Below are positions 45,850 through 53,986 of a DNA stretch of 53,986 nucleotides, piece by piece. A program made the translations under genes and the position numbers. The notes beneath the pieces were generated by a model. That model was not told the origin of the DNA, did not search any database, and worked only from the letters and a program-made list of their open reading frames with translations. Source of the stretch: Acidobacteriota bacterium (lineage in GTDB: Bacteria > Acidobacteriota > Thermoanaerobaculia > Multivoradales > Multivoraceae). Location of the stretch: assembly GCA_026708285.1 (NCBI GenBank), contig JAPOVF010000073.1:16063-70048 (forward strand), read 5' to 3'. The first letter of the stretch is position 1; every line of letters begins with the position of its first letter.

Positions 45850-47049
45850 ATGACCGAACGCCCCCTGCGCTGGCTGTTCTTCTACGACTGCATCTACCCG
45901 GAATCGCTCGGCGGCGTCGAGCACCGGAACTACGAGCTGGCGCGGGAGCTGGGCCGACTCGGCCACGACGTCGTGCTGTCGGGGTGGGCCGAGGCGCCGG
46001 GAGCGCCTCACCCCAACGTCCGCGTCCAGCCGGTGGCCAGGGCGAGCCGGCGCTACCTGACCCGCGGTCGCCGATCGGGTCTCGAAGCGATGCTGCTCGC
46101 CTCCCAGGTGCGCAGGATTCCGCTCGAAGGCATCGACATCGTCGAGACCGCGAACATCCCGTACCTGCACCTGCCCTTGCTGGCCCGCCGCTGCCGGCGC
46201 CGGCGCATTCCGCTGCTCGTCACCTGGCACGAACACTGGGGACGCTACTGGCGAAAGCACCGGCCTCCGGGGAGGTTCGGCCCCGGCATGTGGCGGTTCT
46301 ACGCTCTGTGCGAACGCCTGTCGCTCCGCTTCGGTACGCAGGCGGTGGCGGTCAGCCAGCTCACCGCCGGCCGCGTATCGGCGGTGCGCGGCGAAGCCGT
46401 CGATGTGATCCCGAACGGCATTCCGTTCGAGAGGATTCGCGCCCTCGCGGCCGACGCGGACACGGCCGCTCCGCCCCTGGTCTACGCCGGCCGGTTGATC
46501 CCTGAGAAGCGGGTCGACCTGCTGCTCGACGCAACGGCGAGACTCGCGGCCACCGACATCGGCCGCGGGCTTGTCAACGAACGCGGTGCCCTGCTCCGGA
46601 TCATCGGCGGCGGCCCGGCGGAAGACGACCTCCGCGGACACATCGAGCGCGAGAGTCTCTCCGCCATCGTCGACTTCGCCGGCAGGCTGCCCGAGAACGA
46701 GGACGTGTGGCGCGCCGTGGCCGGCGCCGACCTCGCGGTGCAACCCTCCGCCCGCGAAGGCTTCGGACTCTTCCCGCTGGAAGCGATGGCCGCCGGCGTA
46801 CCCGTGGTCCACTGCCGTTCCGCCAACAGCGCGGTGTCCGAGCTAGTGCGCGACGGCCGGGACGGCTGGGAAGTCGAACCCGACGCGCGCGAGCTGGCCG
46901 GCCGGCTGGAACGGCTGCTCGATGCGCGCGCGCGACTTGCCGCCGCTTCGAACTCGGCCGTCGAGCGCGCGGCCGGCTACGACTGGCGGCAAGTGGCCGC
47001 CCAGGTCGTCGAAACGGGAAGCGAGCTGGTCCGGCGTGAGCGGACCTGA
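45850..47049 (+). CDS. GT4 family glycosyltransferase
   Basis: GGVE, VIPNG, AGRLIPEKRVD, EGFGLFPLEAMAAG (EX7E). Confidence 0.92.
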   Translation: MTERPLRWLFFYDCIYPESLGGVEHRNYELARELGRLGHDVVLSGWAEAPGAPHPNVRVQPVARASRRYLTRGRRSGLEAMLLASQVRRIPLEGIDIVETANIPYLHLPLLARRCRRRRIPLLVTWHEHWGRYWRKHRPPGRFGPGMWRFYALCERLSLRFGTQAVAVSQLTAGRVSAVRGEAVDVIPNGIPFERIRALAADADTAAPPLVYAGRLIPEKRVDLLLDATARLAATDIGRGLVNERGALLRIIGGGPAEDDLRGHIERESLSAIVDFAGRLPENEDVWRAVAGADLAVQPSAREGFGLFPLEAMAAGVPVVHCRSANSAVSELVRDGRDGWEVEPDARELAGRLERLLDARARLAAASNSAVERAAGYDWRQVAAQVVETGSELVRRERT

Positions 47050-47094
47050 GCGGCCGAATCGCAAGGCCCGAACTGCTGTAGTGTCTGCGCCGTC

Positions 47095-47487
47095 GTGGGC
47101 ACCGTGCTGCAGGTCGAGGTATCGGCGGGCGAACTGATCGACAAGATCACGATCCTCGAGATCAAGGCCGAGCGCATCGCGGACGCGGGCAAGCTGGCCA
47201 ACGTCCACCGCGAGCTGCGGAGCCTGACCGCGACCCGCGAGGAAGCGCTGGAACCCTCGCCGGAACTCGACGAGTTCACCGCGGAGCTTCGCCGGATCAA
47301 CGAGCGTCTCTGGGAGATCGAGGACGACATCCGCGACTGCGAGCGGAACGGCGATTTCGGCGAGCGCTTCATCGAACTCGCCCGGGCCGTCTACCGGACG
47401 AACGACCGGCGCGCCGCAGCGAAGCGGCAGATCAACGAGTTGCTGGGCTCCGAACTGGTCGAAGAGAAGGACTACGCGGCCTACTGA
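47095..47487 (+). CDS. DUF6165 family protein
   Basis: SAGELIDKITILEIK, LWEIED, FIELARAVY..ND.R, EEK.Y. Confidence 0.85.
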   Translation: MGTVLQVEVSAGELIDKITILEIKAERIADAGKLANVHRELRSLTATREEALEPSPELDEFTAELRRINERLWEIEDDIRDCERNGDFGERFIELARAVYRTNDRRAAAKRQINELLGSELVEEKDYAAY

Positions 47488-47506
47488 GGGCCGGAGCCTG
47501 CTCCCT

Positions 47507-47947
47507 CTACCAGGTACCTTCGTTCGGCATCGAGGCCCAGGGCTCCTCGACCGGCAGGGAGCCGCCGGCCTGCAAGAGCTCGATCGAGATGCCGTCCGGC
47601 GACCGGATGAACGCCATGCGCCCGTCCCGGGGCGGCCGGTTGATCACGACGCCCTGCTCCTGGAGCGACCGGCACGTACCGTAGATGTCCTCGACCTCGA
47701 AGGCCAGGTGACCGAAGTTCCGGCCCCCGGTGTAGTCCTCGGGGTCCCAGTTGTAGGTCAGTTCCAGAAGCGGCGCGGTCCGCTCGCGCGCGAGCTCCAC
47801 ATCCGAAGGCGCGGCCAGAAACACGAGCGTGAACCGTCCCTGCTCGCTGTCGAAGCGGCGCAGTTCGACCATCCCCAGCTTGCCGCAGTAGAAGTCGAGC
47901 GCCTCCTCCAGGCTGTGGACCCGGACCATCGTGTGCAGGTACTTCAT
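47507..47947 (-). CDS. gloA: Lactoylglutathione lyase (glyoxalase I)
   Basis: [30 protein letters not shown]; GGAGG SD. Confidence 0.88.
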   Translation of the reverse strand: MKYLHTMVRVHSLEEALDFYCGKLGMVELRRFDSEQGRFTLVFLAAPSDVELARERTAPLLELTYNWDPEDYTGGRNFGHLAFEVEDIYGTCRSLQEQGVVINRPPRDGRMAFIRSPDGISIELLQAGGSLPVEEPWASMPNEGTW

Positions 47948-48016
47948 GCCTCGCCTCCCTGATCGCTGCCGGCGGCTCCGTTCTCGCCGCCCGGACGATC
48001 CGGTAGCTTACGCCCA

Positions 48017-49180
48017 GTGCTGATCAGATCCGTAGTTCAGCGAGTGATCGATTCGCCGATCACCCAGGTCGGACGCTGGAAGAGCAGAGCCGCGAGTCAC
48101 CTTCCGCTGATCGACGTCTCCCAGGCGGCGCCGACCTACCCGCCCGCGCAGGAACTGCGCGACCACATCGCCTTTCAGGCCCAGAGCCCGGCCACGGCGA
48201 CCTACACCGACCAGCAGGGGATCCTCCCACTCCGCGAGGCGCTGGCCCGCAACCTGACCACCGACTACGACGCCCCGGTGGCCGCCTATCAGGTGGCCGT
48301 CACCGCCGGCTGCAACCAGGCCTTCTGCCTGGCGATGATGGCCCTCACCGAGCCCGGCGACGAGGTCCTCGTCCCACTGCCGTCCTACTTCAACCACGAC
48401 ATGTGGCTCCGCTCCCAGGACGTCAGGCCGGTCTATCTCGAGCCAGGCCCGGACATGATGCCCGACCCCGACGACGCCGCGACCGCCGTAACCCCCGCCA
48501 CCCGCGCCATTGTCCTGGTGACCCCGAACAACCCGACTGGCGCCGTCTACCCGCCCGCTCTCCTGGAACGCTTCTTCGAACTCGCCAAGGACCGCGGACT
48601 GGCGCTCGTCATCGACGAGACCTATCGCGAGTTCCGCGAGGACTCCGACCCGCCGCACCGCCTGTTCGCCCGCTCCGACTGGAGCGACACTCTGATCCAC
48701 CTCTACAGCTTCTCCAAGGCGTACTGCATGGCGGGCTACCGGATCGGCTGCATGGCCACGAACCCCGCCCTGCTCCGCGAGACGCTCAAGATCGCCGACT
48801 GCGTTGCCCTCTGCCCGTCCCACATCGGCCAACTGGCGGCCAACTTCTGCCTCGAACACCTCGACGACTGGAAGCGGGAGTACCGCCGCACCGTCCGCGA
48901 CCGGGTCGCCTACGCCGCGCGCCGCATCCGCGAAGCGAACACGGACTTCGAAGTCGCCTCCTACGGCGGCTACTTCGTCTACCTCCGCCACCCCTGGACC
49001 GACCGCTCCTCCGCCGCCGTCGGCCGCAGCCTCGCCGAGGACCACGGCATCCTCTGCCTCGCCGGCTCCATGTTCGGCCCCGGTCAGGACCGCTACCTCC
49101 GCCTCGCCTTCGCCAACGTCGACCTCCCCGTCATCGACGAACTGGTCGATCGGCTCGAGAGCCTGGACGCAGTTGGCTAG
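48017..49180 (+). CDS. Class I/II PLP aminotransferase
   Basis: TAGCNQA, TPNNPTG, IDETY, SFSKAYCMAGYRIG, RLAF. Confidence 0.92.
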   Translation: MLIRSVVQRVIDSPITQVGRWKSRAASHLPLIDVSQAAPTYPPAQELRDHIAFQAQSPATATYTDQQGILPLREALARNLTTDYDAPVAAYQVAVTAGCNQAFCLAMMALTEPGDEVLVPLPSYFNHDMWLRSQDVRPVYLEPGPDMMPDPDDAATAVTPATRAIVLVTPNNPTGAVYPPALLERFFELAKDRGLALVIDETYREFREDSDPPHRLFARSDWSDTLIHLYSFSKAYCMAGYRIGCMATNPALLRETLKIADCVALCPSHIGQLAANFCLEHLDDWKREYRRTVRDRVAYAARRIREANTDFEVASYGGYFVYLRHPWTDRSSAAVGRSLAEDHGILCLAGSMFGPGQDRYLRLAFANVDLPVIDELVDRLESLDAVG

Positions 49181-49213
49181 CGGGCGCGTGTATCGGTGAC
49201 ACCCGCCTGCCTT

Positions 49214-49376
49214 GGGGGTGCGAGGGGTCAGCCTCCAGGTGCCGTTCGCGCTTTCTCAGAAGATGCAAGGGGGTGCGCTCACTGCACTCCACTCGCTCCG
49301 GTTCGAACTCGGACGCCGCCAGGACCTCGGAAGTCGCTCGTTCCGAGCCACCTGGAGGCTGACCCCTCGCACCCCC
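49214..49376. mobile_element. 163-bp MITE/REPIN-like element with perfect 28-bp terminal inverted repeats
   Basis: GGGGGTGCGAGGGGTCAGCCTCCAGGTG (49214-49241) and exact reverse complement (49349-49376); no target-site duplication seen, so mobility is unproven. Confidence 0.55.
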
Positions 49377-49527
49377 GGCCAGGCTGGACGTCGTCGGACA
49401 GCCGAAGAACCGGCGGCCGAAACGCACCTCTAACACTCGACATCTATCCCGAGAGTCCAACCGTTTCCCGGTCATGCGTTCCGACAATCTTCGGTGATGG
49501 GTCCGGTGTCATGAGAGGTCGATTGAT

Positions 49528-50781
49528 ATGAACCACGGAACAGCGGACAGCCAACCGCGGTTCTTCGTCTCCGCGGACTGGAGCAAGGACCCGAGAAAGC
49601 GCTCGGTCTACGTCGCCGATCTGAGCGAACGCCTCATCTATCGAGAAGCGCGATCGGGCTGGGCGTTGCCGAGCCTCATGGCTCTGGCTAGGCAACTCTC
49701 CAAGCAGGGATCGGTGCTGGTGGGTGTCGACCTGGTTCTGGGGGTGCCCCAGAGCTACTGGAAACTCGTACTCGCCGAGTCTCGGTACGGCCAACCCGCC
49801 ACGTTCATCGACTGCCTGAGCGGGCTCGGCGACAACGGTGGGTTCTTCGATCCCAGTAAGAGAGTCTATGACCACCGAGAGTGGCGTGTCGAACGCCCGT
49901 GGTTCCACGTTCCGCGGGGTCCTGGCGGCCTGACCTCTTTCAAGGAGAAGGCTGACGACGGGTTTCTCCGCCGGATTGACCACGCGACTGGCGCCAAGCC
50001 TCTCTTCGTCGTCAGTGGCATTCCAGGCACGGTGGGTTCCGGAACACGGGACTTCTGGCGAGAGCTTTCCACTTGCCTGGCAAGCGATCGGGACTTCGTG
50101 GTCTGGCCTTTCGACGGACGGCTTGCGGAGCTTCTCCGCACCAACCGAATCGTGTTGGCGGAGACCTACCCGGGACTCGCGTACGGCGCCGCACTGGCAA
50201 GCGACCTCCCAACGGAGCGATTCGCCATCGGAAAGACCAAACCCGAAGAACGGAATCGTGCTTGCGATCTTCTGGCTGAAGCCGCCTGGATCGACGCCCA
50301 TGGCGTGAGGCTCGGAGAGCTTGCCCCAGCCCGGGATGACGAGGACGACTTTGATGCTCATCTAACAGCAGCTGCAGTGCTGCGCTGCTATCTCGACGGC
50401 ACCCCAGTCGTCGACGAAGAGTGGGTCGACCCGATCGCCGAAGGCTCCATGCTGCTTGCCGGACCCGTCGATCCGAACCGTAGGTCCAAGGCCCTGTCAG
50501 CGCCTGGTAGCCGGTCGGCTCAGGCAGGCCTCCATCTGCAAGCGCCAGTTGCCACTACCAGGAAACAGAGAATCCGCCAGTCTCCGCAGCCTGCACCCCG
50601 TCAGAAAACCGACTACTCCTGTCCGATTCCGGGCTGTACAAAGGTCTTTCATGGCTCGCGCGGCGGATGGGATGCGCACGTCGCCTCCCCCCGTAAGCAC
50701 CCCGGCTGGTACGCCGACGTCAAGAGTCCCCAGGTACGCAAGGAGCTATTCAAGAGGGACTTCGGCAACTGGTTCCGATGA
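49528..50781 (+). CDS. DUF429-like (predicted RNase H-fold nuclease) protein with C-terminal C2H2-like zinc finger
   Basis: SADWS, VGVDL..GVP, ETYP, DDFDA acidic motifs; CPIPGC-x13-H-x6-H at the C-terminus. Confidence 0.65.
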   Translation: MNHGTADSQPRFFVSADWSKDPRKRSVYVADLSERLIYREARSGWALPSLMALARQLSKQGSVLVGVDLVLGVPQSYWKLVLAESRYGQPATFIDCLSGLGDNGGFFDPSKRVYDHREWRVERPWFHVPRGPGGLTSFKEKADDGFLRRIDHATGAKPLFVVSGIPGTVGSGTRDFWRELSTCLASDRDFVVWPFDGRLAELLRTNRIVLAETYPGLAYGAALASDLPTERFAIGKTKPEERNRACDLLAEAAWIDAHGVRLGELAPARDDEDDFDAHLTAAAVLRCYLDGTPVVDEEWVDPIAEGSMLLAGPVDPNRRSKALSAPGSRSAQAGLHLQAPVATTRKQRIRQSPQPAPRQKTDYSCPIPGCTKVFHGSRGGWDAHVASPRKHPGWYADVKSPQVRKELFKRDFGNWFR

Positions 50782-50863
50782 ACCACGCCGAAGCCGCCCT
50801 TCAGCTGTTTAGTCCCCGGGCCACGGTCGCAGTTGCTTAGCCGATGACCTCCAGCCCGCGTCC

Positions 50864-51025
50864 GGGGGCCGGAGGAGAGGGTCCCAGCGAGGCTGTCGGC
50901 AAGCGACGGCCGGCGACCTCACATGAACGGACGCACAACCGGAGCGCAGCCGACCGCAGCGAACGCTCACCCTCCATTCATCCGGCAAGCGTGAGCGTCC
51001 GCTGGGACCCTCTCCTCCGGCCCCC
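50864..51025. mobile_element. 162-bp MITE/REPIN-like element with perfect 26-bp terminal inverted repeats
   Basis: GGGGGCCGGAGGAGAGGGTCCCAGCG (50864-50889) and exact reverse complement (51000-51025); no target-site duplication seen. Confidence 0.55.
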
Positions 51026-51054
51026 AGCGGGCGGGTGACGCCGGCGCCCGCCGG

Positions 51055-51747
51055 CTACGGCGCCAGGATCTCGAAGTCGACTGACCCGGTTTCAGCGTCC
51101 GCCTCAATCACAAGCGATCGGCCCTGGAACCAGGGGCCGGGGTTGACGATGCGCGTGGCGCCGATCGTGTCGGAGCCGATCGCTTCGTGGATGTGGCCGG
51201 AGAAGACGAGGTCGGGTTGGTGGTGCTCGACCGCAGCGCGGAGTGTTCTCGAGCCGACGTGGTTGCCGCGGGCGAGGTCGCAGGTCGTGCCGAAGGGAGG
51301 CTGGTGGGAGACGAGAATCGTGGGCTGGCCGTCCACCCGGGCTGCGCGTTCGAAGGCCTCGGCCGCCACACGTTCGTAGTCCTCCTCGGTGCGCTCGTAT
51401 GGCAGGTCACCGAAGGGGAGGCCGCCGGAGAGGCCGAGGAAGCGGACGCCGTCGATCACGCGAGCGCGACGATCGAGGTCGATGTCGATCTCGCGGAAGT
51501 AGTCGTCCACCGACCGCTGATCGCAGTTGCCGCAGACCGCCAGCACCGGAACGCCGGAGTCCTGAAGCGGTTCGACGATCCGGCGGGCATGATCAGGACC
51601 GAGGAAGTTCGTCAGGTCCCCGGCCAGGAGCACGAGGTCGAAGCCGGACGGGGCCGGCAAGCGCGGGGGCCTCTTGCCGGACCAGTGCAGGTCGACGACG
51701 CCAAGGATGCGCAGCGTCAACTCAGGGCCCCCGGCCGCCCGCGCCAC
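51055..51747 (-). CDS. Calcineurin-like metallophosphoesterase (Icc-related)
   Basis: DLH, AGDL, GNCD, SHQPP, GHIHE, NPG. Confidence 0.92.
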   Translation of the reverse strand: MARAAGGPELTLRILGVVDLHWSGKRPPRLPAPSGFDLVLLAGDLTNFLGPDHARRIVEPLQDSGVPVLAVCGNCDQRSVDDYFREIDIDLDRRARVIDGVRFLGLSGGLPFGDLPYERTEEDYERVAAEAFERAARVDGQPTILVSHQPPFGTTCDLARGNHVGSRTLRAAVEHHQPDLVFSGHIHEAIGSDTIGATRIVNPGPWFQGRSLVIEADAETGSVDFEILAP

Positions 51748-51770
51748 TCACGCCAGCGCCCGCTGGAACG

Positions 51771-52172
51771 TCAGTGAACCAGCGAAGGAGTGGCATGAGC
51801 CGACTCCTGGGGCTCGTCGTCCAGGCCGTGGGACATGACGAAGACCCACGCCGCCGTGCGCTCGCGTTCCGTCTCCGAGATCAACTCGAAGACGTACTCG
51901 TTGTCCTGCTCGCCCTGGAAGGACTGCACGTAGGCAACCCGCTCACGGTCGATCAGAATCTCGCCGACGAGCCTCTTTCCGTACACGAGCTGCGCGATCA
52001 GCAGGTTGTCGTTCTCCGCAGCGAACTGCCAGTGGAAGTCCTCGTCGTCGCAGAGCAGAGCGTCAACCGATCCGGCCCGGATGACGCAGTTTGGATGGAG
52101 GACGAGCCAGTTCCAGAACGCGTCGAGATCGAGCGTGGCCCGGGAACGCTCGACCGCGGTCGGGGCAGTCAT
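51771..52172 (-). CDS. Hypothetical protein
   Basis: 133-aa ORF with protein-like composition filling the gap; TACGAT 6 nt before ATG. Confidence 0.75.
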   Translation of the reverse strand: MTAPTAVERSRATLDLDAFWNWLVLHPNCVIRAGSVDALLCDDEDFHWQFAAENDNLLIAQLVYGKRLVGEILIDRERVAYVQSFQGEQDNEYVFELISETERERTAAWVFVMSHGLDDEPQESAHATPSLVH

Positions 52173-52218
52173 CGCGCAATCGTATCTACGCCGGAGGGGT
52201 TTTGGCTAAAGTGCGCCC

Positions 52219-53214
<996 letters not shown>

Positions 53215-53252
53215 AGCCAACCAGGGAACGACAACGAGGGGGAGAGGCAAGG

Positions 53253-53986
53253 ATGGATCTGGGAATCCGTGGAAAGAAGGCCGCCGTGGCCGCGGCATCG
53301 ACCGGACTCGGCTTCGGCTGCGCCAGGGCGCTGCTCGAGGACGGCGTGGAAGTCGCGATCTGCAGCCGCAGCGAGGAGCGGATCAGGGAAGCCGCCGCGG
53401 AGCTGGGCGGCCGTTCCGTGCCGATCGTCGCCGCTATGTCCACCGAGAACGGCGCCCGCTCCTTCGTGGAGCAGGCCACCGAGAAGCTGGGCCAGGTCGA
53501 CATCCTGGTCGCCAACGCCGGGGGTCCACCGCCCGGTTCGCCCGCGACCACGTCGATCGACGGCTACCGCGAGGCGATCGACCTGAACCTGCTGTCGACC
53601 ATCGTCATGTGTCAGGCCGCCCTCCCGGGAATGCGCGAGCGCGGCTGGGGACGGATCGTGGCGATCACTTCGATTGGCGCCCGTCAGCCCATCGGCAACC
53701 TCGCCGCGTCGTCGGTCGCCCGCGCCGGCGTCAGCAGCTTTCTCAAGACCCTGTCGGCGGAGGTCGCCCGCGACGGCATCACGGTCAACTCGGCCCAGCC
53801 CGGCATCCACGCCACCGACCGCATCAAGTCGCTAGGCAACACGGACGTCGTGGCGCAGCGGGTGCCCACCGGCACGCTGGGCACCGCCGACGACTTCGGC
53901 AAGGCCGTCGCCTTCCTGTGCTCCGAGCCGGCGCGGTTCATCACGGGCACCAGCATCCTGCTCGATGGCGGCGCCTACCAAGGGCT
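53253..53986 (+). CDS. SDR family oxidoreductase, 3'-truncated (absent from the ORF track)
   Basis: My translation: MDLGIRGKKAAVAAASTGLG...DILVANAGGPP...WGRIVAITS...FITGTSILLDGG; purine-rich SD; no stop before the window end. Confidence 0.92.
   Translation, partial: MDLGIRGKKAAVAAASTGLGFGCARALLEDGVEVAICSRSEERIREAAAELGGRSVPIVAAMSTENGARSFVEQATEKLGQVDILVANAGGPPPGSPATTSIDGYREAIDLNLLSTIVMCQAALPGMRERGWGRIVAITSIGARQPIGNLAASSVARAGVSSFLKTLSAEVARDGITVNSAQPGIHATDRIKSLGNTDVVAQRVPTGTLGTADDFGKAVAFLCSEPARFITGTSILLDGGAYQG

Noticed and set aside
49214-51025. Integron attC sites, a CRISPR array or a composite transposon
   Set aside because: No attC core sites identified, no repeat-spacer periodicity, no integrase or transposase, the two elements differ in sequence, and no target duplication
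53690-53730. SDR lacking YxxxK (has SSVAR)
   Set aside because: SxxxR is a known feature of this atypical SDR subgroup

Overview
A GC-rich, gene-dense bacterial chromosomal segment with about 54 CDS. An Acidobacteria-type VWFA-like exported protein and the overall gene mix suggest Acidobacteriota (inference). I found no rRNA, tRNA, CRISPR array, transposase or integrase. Contents in order: end of an Mrp/Mnh Na+/H+ antiporter operon; a Tat-lipoprotein PLP enzyme; tesB; a Phd-VapC toxin-antitoxin pair; assorted metabolic enzymes; a neutral-lipid storage cluster; an oxidoreductase-SelD fusion; a radical SAM gene; a stand-alone rpsD; a heme c/copper monooxygenase-like protein; ogt; an sqdB/glycosyltransferase cluster; metX; mltA; gloA; a DUF429-like gene between two long inverted-repeat elements; and a truncated SDR. 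The best candidate for an undescribed system is 18.1-23.1 kb: an intact WS/DGAT, a lipase, a catalytically degenerate WS/DGAT, a phasin-like protein and a GNAT, behind PhaR-type TGC-N3-GCA boxes, with no phaC in the window. Other signals read directly from the DNA: an in-frame twin-hairpin insertion in a glycosyltransferase, a dispersed REP-like repeat, two 162-163 bp GGGGG...CCCCC inverted-repeat elements, a probable ACG start for sqdB, and a recurrent leaderless promoter layout. All family calls come from motif recognition, not database searches.
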